From Candidatus Moraniibacteriota bacterium (lineage in GTDB: Bacteria > Patescibacteriota > Minisyncoccia > Moranbacterales > GCA-2747515): 44,924 nucleotides of DNA. The notes under the pieces are model-generated. The model did no database searches. It was given only the letters and a program-made list of their open reading frames with translations, and was not told the DNA's origin. Of this stretch, positions 33,518-43,339 are shown one piece after another. The stretch's first letter is position 1, and the number at the start of each line of letters is the position of its first letter. Made by a program: the position numbers and the translations under genes. The stretch lies in assembly GCA_030592425.1 (NCBI GenBank), contig JAUVJK010000002.1:1-44924 (forward strand), read 5' to 3'.

Positions 33518-33877
33518 ATGCCTCTCTCACAAGAAGTCCAAAATAGCCTCAAAGAGCAACTCCTTTCAACAAAGGAACGTATTGAAGGTGAATTAAGTCG
33601 CTTCAGCAAATCATCAGCTGATGGCACTGAATTTAAGACAAAGTTTCCAGATGATATCGGATCAACAAATGATGAAAACGCTACTGAGGTAGAAGAATAT
33701 ACTGACAATCTTGCAATTGAAAAAGATCTCAAAGAACAATTAGATGATATAAATGACGCATTGAAGAAAATAGAAGCTGGAGAATATGGCAAAGATGAAG
33801 AGACAGGGGAAGACATCAATCCAGAACGACTGCAAGCATACCCAGCAGCACGTACCAATGTGCGTGATACCGCATAA
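33518..33877 (+). CDS. DksA/TraR-like protein lacking the four zinc-finger cysteines
   Basis: Coiled-coil N-terminus. The C-terminal AGEYGKDEETGEDINPERLQAYPAARTNV aligns to G.YG.C..CG..I...RL.A.P.A..C..C, with the Cys positions reading D, T, T and R. Confidence 0.6.
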   Translation: MPLSQEVQNSLKEQLLSTKERIEGELSRFSKSSADGTEFKTKFPDDIGSTNDENATEVEEYTDNLAIEKDLKEQLDDINDALKKIEAGEYGKDEETGEDINPERLQAYPAARTNVRDTA

Positions 33878-33898
33878 CTCAGAGGATTTTACATATCT

Positions 33899-34330
33899 AT
33901 GTTACATAAACTTCAAAACACGTCCTTGATTTCTGGCGTGTTTTTTTGTATTTTTCTAATTGCTATCGATTTTGTGATCAAATATATGATCGTTCATTCA
34001 GATCTGACGTACTTCTGCAATAATGGCGTGGCACTAAGCATTCAATTGCCTGTATTCCTAATGATTATGCTTTGGATCATCTTTGTAATAGGATTCTCTG
34101 TACACATCTACAAAGAAAGGAGTCGTTCTTTGCGCACACTTCTGCCATCATTTCTCATCCTTGCTGGAGCCATCGGCAATGCAATTGATCGATTCCTCTA
34201 TAGTTGTGTCATTGATTACATTCACTTTTTTTCTCTTTCCGTTTTTAACTTTGCTGACATACTTATCACAATTGGTGCTATACTACTAGTATGGGATCTT
34301 TTCCACGAGAAGAATGACCATTCCACATAG
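33899..34330 (+). CDS. lspA: Lipoprotein signal peptidase (signal peptidase II)
   Basis: NNGVALSI, GAIGNAIDRF..VIDYIHF and FNFADILITIG motifs, with 4 TM segments. Confidence 0.85.
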   Translation: MLHKLQNTSLISGVFFCIFLIAIDFVIKYMIVHSDLTYFCNNGVALSIQLPVFLMIMLWIIFVIGFSVHIYKERSRSLRTLLPSFLILAGAIGNAIDRFLYSCVIDYIHFFSLSVFNFADILITIGAILLVWDLFHEKNDHST

Positions 34331-34416
34331 AACAAATTGTGATAATTGTTAGCGGATTCCCCCATATTATATTAATATTCGTTATTAGAAATTAGTAATT
34401 CGTTATTATCTACATC

Positions 34417-35943
34417 ATGTCATCAACTGTCTTTTCTGCAGCAACGATTGGTCTTGATAGTGCATTTGTTGAGGTAGAAGTCGATGTTCTCACAGCCGGC
34501 CTGCACAATTTTACGATCGTTGGACTCCCAGACACAGCGATCAAAGAATCGCGTGATCGTGTATCGGCAGCGCTAAAGAATAGCGGTTTCAAACCACCAC
34601 ATCAGTGCGGGCGCATCACCGTCAATCTTGCTCCAGCTGATCTCCCAAAAGTCAGTCCTATTTATGATGTCGCAATTGCTCTCGGTCTCCTCCTTACAAC
34701 AGGCCAATTAGCCTTTGACCATACAAACAAACTCTTTATTGGCGAATTAGCACTTGATGGGAAAATTCGTTCCATTCATGGCGTTCTCCCTATCGCACTT
34801 TTTTGTAAAGAACATGGTATCACACAATTATTCGTACCTCAAAAGAATGCCGAGGAAGCAAGCGTCGTTGACGGCATAACAGTCATTCCAATGACAGATC
34901 TCGCTGGACTCTACGCACATCTTAGTGGCAACACACACATCACACCACAAGAAACAACAAAATTTCAGGCGGTCAGAAAGAACGATGGTGAATCACTTGA
35001 TATGAGTGATATCAAAGGACAAGAACACGCTAAGCGAGCACTCGAAATTGCCGCAGCTGGTGGACATAACGTCCTTTTCAATGGGCCTCCTGGATCTGGT
35101 AAAACATTACTTGCGAAAGTCTTCCCATCGATCATTCCATCATTAACACTCAACGAAAGCCTTGAGGTCACAAAAATTCATTCGATTGCCGGCCAATTAC
35201 CAGATAATACACCCTTGATCATTGAACGCCCTTTTCGTGCACCGCATCATAGCGCATCAGCTGTTTCTCTCATTGGCGGTGGAACCTACCCAAAACCAGG
35301 TGAGATCTCACTTGCACATCGTGGCGTACTTTTCCTCGATGAATTCGCGGAATTCCCAAAGAACGTGATTGAAAGCATGCGCCAGCCACTTGAAGATGGT
35401 CTCGTGAGCGTTTCGCGTGCCCGTGGAAGTGCGACATTTCCAGCACATTTTATCTTAATTGCTGCAATGAATCCTTGCCCATGCGGCAATGCCACTGATC
35501 CTGATAAAATGTGTATCTGTACACCTGCCAATATCGCAAAATATGAACGCCGTATCTCTGGTCCAATCCTTGATCGTATTGATATGCATATCGAAGTGCC
35601 GCGCCTTGCAGCAGAAAAACTAGATGATATAACACCAGGAGAAGCAAGTGATCACATTCGAAAGAGAACATCTTCTGCACGTAAAAGACAACAAAAGCGC
35701 TTCGATAAAACAAAGATCATCACAAATGCTGAAATGAATGCTCGTGATATCAAAAAATATTGTCTGCTCGACAAACAATCACGTGATCTCCTCACAACAG
35801 CAGCAACATCATTAAAACTAAGCGCTCGTGCCTATCACCGCACGATCAAGATTGCCCGCACCATTGCTGACCTTGGAAATGAAGACGTGATCATTCATAC
35901 ACATATTGCAGAAGCACTTCAATATCGCGTCCATACAGAGTGA
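34417..35943 (+). CDS. comM: YifB/ComM family Mg-chelatase-like AAA+ protein
   Basis: N-terminal Lon-protease-like domain, Walker A GPPGSGKT, LFLDEFAEF, and the Cys cluster NPCPCGN..CIC. Confidence 0.9.
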   Translation: MSSTVFSAATIGLDSAFVEVEVDVLTAGLHNFTIVGLPDTAIKESRDRVSAALKNSGFKPPHQCGRITVNLAPADLPKVSPIYDVAIALGLLLTTGQLAFDHTNKLFIGELALDGKIRSIHGVLPIALFCKEHGITQLFVPQKNAEEASVVDGITVIPMTDLAGLYAHLSGNTHITPQETTKFQAVRKNDGESLDMSDIKGQEHAKRALEIAAAGGHNVLFNGPPGSGKTLLAKVFPSIIPSLTLNESLEVTKIHSIAGQLPDNTPLIIERPFRAPHHSASAVSLIGGGTYPKPGEISLAHRGVLFLDEFAEFPKNVIESMRQPLEDGLVSVSRARGSATFPAHFILIAAMNPCPCGNATDPDKMCICTPANIAKYERRISGPILDRIDMHIEVPRLAAEKLDDITPGEASDHIRKRTSSARKRQQKRFDKTKIITNAEMNARDIKKYCLLDKQSRDLLTTAATSLKLSARAYHRTIKIARTIADLGNEDVIIHTHIAEALQYRVHTE

Positions 35944-36035
35944 GGACGAGAGATTAGGAAAGATGACTAAGAGGTCAGAAGTGGCAAAAATAAACGAAGT
36001 TCCACACAAACTATTTATTGATGCTTTATTATTGT

Positions 36036-36055
36036 AATTAATCACGTGATTAATT
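36036..36055. repeat. 20-bp perfect palindrome AATTAATCAC|GTGATTAATT
   Basis: Shares the TCACGTGA core with the palindromes at 13587 and 14009. Lies about 75 bp upstream of the -35 of the 36165 gene. Confidence 0.85.
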
Positions 36056-36127
36056 GGGTAATTAACGGGATGAGGAGCGTCTCTTTATCCTCTCATACCA
36101 CGTACAAAGCAAGAGCTAGCATTAGAC

Positions 36128-36156
36128 TTGACCATCGCCATTTCACACGCTAGAGT
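36128..36156 (+). promoter_or_regulatory. Promoter TTGACC-17-TAGAGT placed for a leaderless or very short leader start
   Basis: The -10 ends at 36156 and the ATG is at 36165. Confidence 0.5.
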
Positions 36157-36164
36157 ATGAGAAC

Positions 36165-37142
36165 ATGAAGCGTAAAAATTATCGTCTACGAAGAAAGATC
36201 AAACTCTTAGTAGCCTTCTTTGCTCTTGTAGGAGGTGGCATTTTTCTCTACTCTTCTTCACAAAACAAACCAGACGATCATCAGCATTTTAACAGTGAAA
36301 CCAAAGACAACATCACCGTTATAGATGACCGATCGACATTTATCATTCCACAAACACAAGCAGAAACAATCGACCTCTTTTTGCAAGAGCAAGCGATCAA
36401 AATCGGAGAACATGATACGTTCAGTCATGATCGTAATGATACTATTTTCTCTGGAGAGATTCTCACGATCACACGCGGAAAGAAGGTTATACTACTCGCC
36501 GACAATACACAAGAAGAATTCTATGCACGCAGTTACTCTATCAAAGAAGCGCTTAAACAAAAAAATATTTCATTGGGAACATTCGACATCATCACACCAC
36601 CGTTGATCAATGCTCTTTCATCACAACAGGAGATCGAGATCATTCGTGTCCGTGTTGATGAAGAAGTACGCACAAAAAAGATTCCTTTTGATACCATTGC
36701 GCAAACAGATGATAAAATGGGTTGGCGAGAAGAAAAAGTGACGCAAATTGGTACTTCTGGATCAAAAGAGATCATCGAACGCGTATCTTACCATGATGAT
36801 ACCGAAGTAGGTCGTGAAGTGATTAGCGAAGAGATCGTTTCGAAACCAACAGATGAGATCGTTACAGAAGGGACTTATGTAGAACTCGGAAAAAAACACA
36901 AAGGAGCAGCTTCATGGTATGCACATACTGGCACACTTTCAGCTGCGAATCCATGGATGCCAATTGGTTCCTATGCGAAAGTGACAAATACTGCTAATGG
37001 AGAGTCTGTGATCGTTCGTATCAATGATCGCGGACCCTTTGTCCCTGGACGCATCATTGACCTTGATAAAGTTGCCTGGCAAAAGATTGCCTCTCTCGGT
37101 GCTGGCGTCATCAATGTCAAAGTAGAAGAAGTCCTCAACTAA
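36165..37142 (+). CDS. DUF348-G5-RlpA-like (double-psi beta-barrel) cell-wall protein
   Basis: TM anchor. G5 domain (KIPFDTIAQTDDKMGWREEKVTQIGTSGSKEII). C-terminal GAASWYA...VIVRINDRGPFVPGRIIDLD, an RlpA-type DPBB. Confidence 0.8.
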   Translation: MKRKNYRLRRKIKLLVAFFALVGGGIFLYSSSQNKPDDHQHFNSETKDNITVIDDRSTFIIPQTQAETIDLFLQEQAIKIGEHDTFSHDRNDTIFSGEILTITRGKKVILLADNTQEEFYARSYSIKEALKQKNISLGTFDIITPPLINALSSQQEIEIIRVRVDEEVRTKKIPFDTIAQTDDKMGWREEKVTQIGTSGSKEIIERVSYHDDTEVGREVISEEIVSKPTDEIVTEGTYVELGKKHKGAASWYAHTGTLSAANPWMPIGSYAKVTNTANGESVIVRINDRGPFVPGRIIDLDKVAWQKIASLGAGVINVKVEEVLN

Positions 37143-37191
37143 TATTCCTTCTTTATTGACCTTTCACTTTTAACTTTAGACTAAAAATCCT

Positions 37192-37995
37192 ATGCCGACA
37201 AAACTTGGCCAAAATTTTTTGATCGATACTGAGATCGCAAAAAAGATCGTGCAGTCAGCCAATATCACACGAGACGACATTATTATTGAAGTTGGACCAG
37301 GTACTGGCGCGATCACGGCGCTACTTGCAGCACAAGCAAAAGAAGTTTATGCCATAGAGTTGGATCGCTCTCTAGCCCAAAAGCTTGAAGAAAAATACAC
37401 TTCTGTTGATAATATTCACATTATTCAAGCTGATATTCTCAAAGCGCAGATCTCAGAGATTCTCCCATCACGATCATATAAAGTCGTTGCAAATGTGCCG
37501 TACTACATCACATCAAAAATAACACGTCTCTTTCTCGAATCAAACCTACCACCAACGGAGATGGTCCTTTTGGTACAAAAAGAAGTAGCACAGCGGATCA
37601 CAGCACAACCTGGCGCAATGAGTATCCTCTCTGCCTCAGTACAATACTATGCAGAACCTTCTTATCTTTTCACTGTACCAGCAGAAAGTTTTGACCCAGT
37701 ACCGCGTGTAGAAAGCGCTGTTATTAGAATTGTCACAAAAAATGAGACTGGTCATAGCAAAGAGGAGCAACGACTTTTTTTCCGAGCAGTAAAAACAGGT
37801 TTTTCTGCAAAACGCAAAACTCTCTGCAATAATCTCGCAAATGGATTTTATACAGATAAGCCAGAAATACTCACGATCTTTGACACCATTGGCCTCGCAC
37901 ATAATATTCGTGCTCAAGAACTATCCCTAGAGCAGTGGTATGCACTTGTTGCGGCACTAGAACAGAAGGGTTGCTACCAAAATAGCGCCATATAG
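37192..37995 (+). CDS. rsmA: 16S rRNA (adenine1518/1519-N6)-dimethyltransferase
   Basis: KLGQNFLID, EVGPGTGAIT, and the NVPYYITS motif. Confidence 0.9.
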   Translation: MPTKLGQNFLIDTEIAKKIVQSANITRDDIIIEVGPGTGAITALLAAQAKEVYAIELDRSLAQKLEEKYTSVDNIHIIQADILKAQISEILPSRSYKVVANVPYYITSKITRLFLESNLPPTEMVLLVQKEVAQRITAQPGAMSILSASVQYYAEPSYLFTVPAESFDPVPRVESAVIRIVTKNETGHSKEEQRLFFRAVKTGFSAKRKTLCNNLANGFYTDKPEILTIFDTIGLAHNIRAQELSLEQWYALVAALEQKGCYQNSAI

Positions 37996-39624
37996 ACCTG
38001 TTAGAAGAAAGATCCACGCAAGAACATTCCGTGAGGTAATGATCTTCATGCGTCCATCACTGGCAATAATGAGCCAAAAGGCAATACCACCACAAAGTAC
38101 AGCCCATATAAATAGCTCCTGCATCCGCAAGAACACAACAGACAGAAAAAAGGAGAGGAGAACGCCGCTAGCAATGATCAAGCGCGCTTTTTTTGCGCCC
38201 AGAAGGACTGGCAGTGTCCACGTGCCCATTTTCTTATCACCTTCGATATCTTTCAGGTCTTTCAGTGGCAAAGAGATCGTCAAAACGATCACAAAAAGCG
38301 CACTGATCACAAATGGGAAGGAAACAATACTATATTGCGGTGTAAAAATACTGTATCCCATCAGAATAATGAGAAGGGAGGCTACCGCCGCGGTAAAAGA
38401 AGCGACAAGAGGGAGGCGTTTCAGCCGCAATGGTGGCACATTATAGAGCCAGGTCAACGCAAGATAGGCAATTATGAATCCTGCAACCTTTGGGTTGATG
38501 ATTGCCGCAGAGAAAATCGCAAGTCCAGCAAAGAGCCATGCCATAAGATGATATTGTCCGACCGTAAAAGTCCCACGGATCAGTGGCCGCTCTTTATTTG
38601 AGATCCGATCTGTTTCTTGATCAAAGAGATCATTCACAAGTGTTGCACTGATCCACGCACTGACAACGCTAATACATAGCACAGCAAACGCACTGATCGT
38701 AAAAAAGTTGACGAACCAGATCTCATCCGTAAGGAGCATACCAATACCCATTCCAACACATAGAAGACCGACGTGATATACCATCTGTAACGGACGCATC
38801 GCAAAAAAGAAGGTTCGTGAACACGCGCGAGCCTTCACCCAAAATAGGAGTCCTGCGCTAAAACAAATGATAATTGTATAAAGAAGACTCATTTTAGCAT
38901 TGAGAGCATTGAGGAATCCTGGCAGATCGTGAACGAAGATACGTGTTGGCGATAAAAATATTTGTGCAACGTCAGAGGCTTGTACTGTAAGAAGGTCTAA
39001 TGACCAAACACTCCCGATGAGCGTAAGCCACGCCGGAAATGTACCAAGTACAAAAAAGACAATATAAGCAGGGATCAAAAAAAGGAAAGCTCGCCAAAAG
39101 CTCTTCGATACAACGATACCATAAATAAAGATCAGCATAAGGACAAGAGCGACTTCAATACGCACGCCATATGTAATACCATTGGTCGGATCATCACCGT
39201 AAAAAGTATAAAAACGTGCGACAAGACCGCGCAGTGAATCAAATTCATAATAACTCAGGAAAGATTGCCCAGGATAATATGCTATTTCGATCACGACATC
39301 GATCAATGGTGGTAAAATGATGACAATGAAACCACAGAGGAATACCGTCGCAACACGTTGCAATGAACGAGAAAAATACCATGCAAAAAGTGTAATGATA
39401 AGGATGAAGGTCAATGTGAAGAAAGTGAGTGTATGTGAAAATTCATAAAGATAATACGACCCTGATATCCGCGTATAACCAAAAACGCTATTCTCGACAA
39501 AAAGACGGACACCGATCAAAGCGAAAAATGAGCCGATCAAGAGAGGGAGAGAAACAGCTGTTCTTTCAATACGTTCGATCACGATTGTCAGTAGTTGATA
39601 GATTTTTTCTGCACTATTTTTCAT
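37957..39624 (-). CDS. UbiA-family prenyltransferase domain fused to a ~300-aa polytopic N-terminal extension
   Basis: NDLFDQETDRISNKERPL and DLKDIEGDKKMG Asp-rich motifs in the C-terminal half, with many TM segments throughout. The 3' end overlaps the rsmA 3' end by 39 nt. Confidence 0.75.
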   Translation of the reverse strand: MKNSAEKIYQLLTIVIERIERTAVSLPLLIGSFFALIGVRLFVENSVFGYTRISGSYYLYEFSHTLTFFTLTFILIITLFAWYFSRSLQRVATVFLCGFIVIILPPLIDVVIEIAYYPGQSFLSYYEFDSLRGLVARFYTFYGDDPTNGITYGVRIEVALVLMLIFIYGIVVSKSFWRAFLFLIPAYIVFFVLGTFPAWLTLIGSVWSLDLLTVQASDVAQIFLSPTRIFVHDLPGFLNALNAKMSLLYTIIICFSAGLLFWVKARACSRTFFFAMRPLQMVYHVGLLCVGMGIGMLLTDEIWFVNFFTISAFAVLCISVVSAWISATLVNDLFDQETDRISNKERPLIRGTFTVGQYHLMAWLFAGLAIFSAAIINPKVAGFIIAYLALTWLYNVPPLRLKRLPLVASFTAAVASLLIILMGYSIFTPQYSIVSFPFVISALFVIVLTISLPLKDLKDIEGDKKMGTWTLPVLLGAKKARLIIASGVLLSFFLSVVFLRMQELFIWAVLCGGIAFWLIIASDGRMKIITSRNVLAWIFLLTGLYGAILVATLLF

Positions 39625-39733
39625 TATGACATCCTTTATGTCTTATTTCCGCCATTGAACCCATATTTTTACTCCCTTCATGCTACCATCTCATCCGCAT
39701 TGAGTGCAAGGTAAGATGTGCTACAATACATAC

Positions 39734-41926
39734 ATGAAAGACCCTATTCTTCACAATCTCAATGCACCCCAAAAAGAAGCTGTTACAGCACTTGATGGTC
39801 CTTTTTTGATTCTCGCTGGTGCAGGATCAGGAAAAACAAAAACACTCACACACCGCATTGTCTATCTTATGACAGTAAAAAAAGTACCTGCGCAAAGCAT
39901 TCTTGCTGTTACATTTACCAATAAAGCTGCTAGTGAAATGCGTGATCGTGTCGTTTCACTCCTCAACACGATTACTAGTGAGAGAACGTCAGACACCTCA
40001 CCATCACCGACATATTATAGCATCCCCCTCATCGGCACCTTTCATAGTGTCTGCGCTAAAATTCTCCGTGCAGAGATTCATCATTTGGGCTATGAAAGTA
40101 CATTTAATATCATGGATGCGCAAGATCAAGAGGTCTTGATCAAGAAAACCTTCAAAAAACTTGATCTTTCCACAAAGCAATTTTCACCACGAACTGTTCG
40201 TGAAACGATCTCTCACGCAAAAAACGATCTTATTGATCCACGAGACTTTAGCAAGAGCATCGATAGTTATTATGAGGAGCGTGTTGCTGACGTTTATACT
40301 CTTTATCAAAGCGCACTCAAAGAGAGCAATGCACTTGATTTTGATGATCTGATCCGTCTGACGATCTTACTCTTTGAAAAGCGCCCTGACGTCCTTGCAA
40401 AATATCAAAAACAATTTCGCTATATCCTCGTTGATGAGTATCAAGATACTAATCATGCACAATACAAACTGATCTCGCTTCTGGCCGCTGTCCACAACAA
40501 CCTCTTTGTGGTCGGTGATGACTGGCAATCGATCTATGCATGGCGTTTTGCTGACATTAGCAATATTCTCAATTTTGAAAAGGACTATACGCAAGCGCGT
40601 ACGATCAAGCTTGAACAAAACTATCGCTCAACACAGGTAATTCTTGATGCAGCGTTCTCAGTGATCGAGCATAATACAGATCGCACCAATAAAAAGATCT
40701 GGACAGATAAAACGACAGATGAAAAACTCATTTCCTATGAGGCAAGAGATGAAATGGATGAAGCAACATTTATCGCAGATACTATTATAGCCCTTCGTGC
40801 AGAAGAAAAGAGGAAATTTGGAGACTTTGTTGTTCTCTATCGCACAAATGCACAATCCCGCCAGATCGAGGAAATGTTTCTTTCCTGCGATATTCCTTAT
40901 CGTATTGTCGGTGGTATCAAATTCTATGCACGTAAAGAAGTGAAAGATATCGTTGCTTATCTCCGACTTGTTGATAATCCTCATGACCGTATCTCACTGG
41001 AACGTGCTATCAGCGAGCCTCGCCGAAGTATCGGCACAAAAACATTGGAACAATGGCTCACAGAAGCAGAAGAGCAGAAAAAAGATCCCCTCGCCTATGG
41101 CAGCACGCTTTCACCAGAGATCACAAAACTCGCACAAAAGAAACAAACAGTGATCACCAATTTCTGCAAGATGATCCTTCTTGCGACTGAGAAAAGGAAA
41201 GACCTTTCGCTCACAGAATTAATCTCATTCGTCTACAAAAAAAGTGGTTATGAAAGCGCTCTTTTGAAAGAGGGCACAGAAGGAGAAGTGCGACACGAAA
41301 ATGTCCAAGAGCTTCTCTCTGTTGCAAAAAAATATGATCAACGAGAAAATGCTCTACAGGAGTTCCTCGAAGAAGTTTCTCTCGCTGCCGATACAGACAA
41401 AATTGATGCAGATGCTGACAGCGTCCATCTCATGACACTCCATAGTGCAAAAGGCCTCGAATTTCCCATTGTCTTTATTACAGGACTTGAAGAAGGTCTT
41501 CTCCCACACTCTCGCGCTATGCTTGCGCCAACGGAAATGGAAGAGGAGCGTCGTCTCATGTACGTTGGCATTACCCGCGCAATGGAAAAAGTACACCTCC
41601 TTTTTACAAGAGAGCGTCTCCTTTTTGGACAGACCCAGATGAATGCACCTAGTCGTTTCCTTGATGATATTCCACAACATCTTATTGAAAAGAATAGCGC
41701 AGAAGTAGAAAGAGCAGATAAACAATTTTTTTCACAAAAAAAAGAATCAATGACAGGTGAGAGCTCTGGAAATACACAGCGGTTCCTCGATGGTGATAAG
41801 GTCCGTCACAATGATTTTGGAGAAGGTGTTGTTGTCGCACAAGATGACGACGTGATTACAATCGTTTTCAAACAAAAAGGCCTAAAAAAACTCGCAAAGA
41901 GTGTTGCTCCATTAGAAAAATTATAA
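39734..41926 (+). CDS. pcrA: ATP-dependent DNA helicase PcrA/UvrD
   Basis: LILAGAGSGKT, VDEYQDTN, YRS and TLHSAKGLEF motifs. Start taken at the MKDPIL ATG 39734; the track ORF begins at an upstream GTG. Confidence 0.9.
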   Translation: MKDPILHNLNAPQKEAVTALDGPFLILAGAGSGKTKTLTHRIVYLMTVKKVPAQSILAVTFTNKAASEMRDRVVSLLNTITSERTSDTSPSPTYYSIPLIGTFHSVCAKILRAEIHHLGYESTFNIMDAQDQEVLIKKTFKKLDLSTKQFSPRTVRETISHAKNDLIDPRDFSKSIDSYYEERVADVYTLYQSALKESNALDFDDLIRLTILLFEKRPDVLAKYQKQFRYILVDEYQDTNHAQYKLISLLAAVHNNLFVVGDDWQSIYAWRFADISNILNFEKDYTQARTIKLEQNYRSTQVILDAAFSVIEHNTDRTNKKIWTDKTTDEKLISYEARDEMDEATFIADTIIALRAEEKRKFGDFVVLYRTNAQSRQIEEMFLSCDIPYRIVGGIKFYARKEVKDIVAYLRLVDNPHDRISLERAISEPRRSIGTKTLEQWLTEAEEQKKDPLAYGSTLSPEITKLAQKKQTVITNFCKMILLATEKRKDLSLTELISFVYKKSGYESALLKEGTEGEVRHENVQELLSVAKKYDQRENALQEFLEEVSLAADTDKIDADADSVHLMTLHSAKGLEFPIVFITGLEEGLLPHSRAMLAPTEMEEERRLMYVGITRAMEKVHLLFTRERLLFGQTQMNAPSRFLDDIPQHLIEKNSAEVERADKQFFSQKKESMTGESSGNTQRFLDGDKVRHNDFGEGVVVAQDDDVITIVFKQKGLKKLAKSVAPLEKL

Positions 41927-42026
41927 TTTATGAAAAAAGAAGTAAGAAATATGAAATAAGACATCGTTATGATTATAACCTGCCTAATACTGCATCTATA
42001 ATATGATCTTTCCTATTTTTCTTTAA

Positions 42027-42074
42027 AAAAAGAATTACTGAATTAAATCAGTAATTAATTCAGTAATTCTTTTT
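42027..42074. terminator. 20-bp perfect-stem bidirectional terminator between pcrA and xerC
   Basis: AAAAAGAATTACTGAATTAA-ATCAGTAA-TTAATTCAGTAATTCTTTTT. Confidence 0.8.
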
Positions 42075-42157
42075 GTAACAAATCTTTGATGCCAACGAAC
42101 AGGAGTTAAACAGGTCATTACTTCAGATTTCTTTTTTCATCATTCATATTTCTTCTG

Positions 42158-43090
42158 CTATTTCTGTTTTCCATGAAACTTCTTATGAACCTCTTTGAGA
42201 CCTTTATTGGTTACATGCGTATAGATTTGCGTCGTTGTAATATTTGCGTGACCCAACATCGCCTGTACACTACGAATATCTGCACCACCCTGGAGAAGAT
42301 CTGTCGCAAAAGAGTGACGCAATGTATGCGGATGTACATTTTTGATAATCCCAGCCTTGAGCGCATATTTTTTGACAATGCGCTGTACACTTCGTGGTGT
42401 TAACCGCAGACCTTTCGCATCCGCTTCCTTATTTGTCCCTGTTTTCACACGAATAAAGAGAGCTGGATCAATATCATGTCTTTTTGCCATATATTTTTCA
42501 ATTGCTTTCCTTGCTGTATCAGAGACAAAGACAATGCGAATTTTGTTACCTTTTCCACGAATGGAGAATTCCTGTCGATCGAGATTGATTTGATCACGAT
42601 CCACGCTAACAAGTTCTGACACACGCAATCCAGCAGAAAAAAGCAGTTCTAAGAGGGCTCGATCACGACATACACCAAGATTCTCACCTGAAGCTACCTC
42701 AAGAAGACGTTCTACTTCTTCTGGTTCGAGAAACTCAACCTGACGTTCTTCATTTTTTCCCACATCGATTTTGTCAGCACTAAGTGTTACGATGTCACGT
42801 TTTGCGAGATACTTTAAGAAATTGCGCAAAGCGATCACATGATAATTTTGTGTACTCGCCTTGAGAGGTGCGCCATCAACCATAGTAAAGCGATTAAGAT
42901 AAAGACGATATTTTCGTACAACCTCAAGTGTGATCTTTTCTGGCGTTGTGATGTTATAATTTTCCTGTACAAACACTAAAAACCGACCAATATAATGTTC
43001 GTAATTTTCCACTGTTTTTTGACTCCGGGTACGTTCGATCTCAAGATATTCAAGATACTCTACGAGGAGTACTGAAAGTTTCTGGGACAT
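42158..43090 (-). CDS. xerC: XerC/XerD-family tyrosine recombinase
   Basis: HPHTLRHSFATDLL and LGHANITTTQIYTHV. N-terminal SAM-like core-binding domain. Confidence 0.85.
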   Translation of the reverse strand: MSQKLSVLLVEYLEYLEIERTRSQKTVENYEHYIGRFLVFVQENYNITTPEKITLEVVRKYRLYLNRFTMVDGAPLKASTQNYHVIALRNFLKYLAKRDIVTLSADKIDVGKNEERQVEFLEPEEVERLLEVASGENLGVCRDRALLELLFSAGLRVSELVSVDRDQINLDRQEFSIRGKGNKIRIVFVSDTARKAIEKYMAKRHDIDPALFIRVKTGTNKEADAKGLRLTPRSVQRIVKKYALKAGIIKNVHPHTLRHSFATDLLQGGADIRSVQAMLGHANITTTQIYTHVTNKGLKEVHKKFHGKQK

Positions 43091-43277
43091 AGATACTAAC
43101 TAAGCTATGAATTACACCACAAGAACTATGAGGGGGAAACCATACTACTGTAGTATTGTACCATAAGTAACATTGTACCAATATTTTTGTTAAAAATCAT
43201 TTTAGCAATGTGTTTTTACAAGAAATATCGCATACTTATCTCTTCTTTCATTTTTCGCACTTCTCGCTTTGTAACAT

Positions 43278-43305
43278 TTGACAAGTGATGTTAATAATCT
43301 ATAAT
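43278..43305 (+). promoter_or_regulatory. Consensus promoter TTGACA-16-TATAAT
   Basis: TTGACA 43278-43283 and TATAAT 43300-43305, upstream of the LysM-CHAP gene. Confidence 0.6.
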
Positions 43306-43339
43306 GAAGTAACGATAAATTATTTATGGTATCTCGCAG

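Noticed and set aside
42027-42074. 20-bp perfect inverted repeat as a possible mobile-element end near xerC
   Set aside because: It sits exactly between convergent pcrA and xerC, with an A-run and a T-run on either side. It is fully explained as a bidirectional intrinsic terminator.
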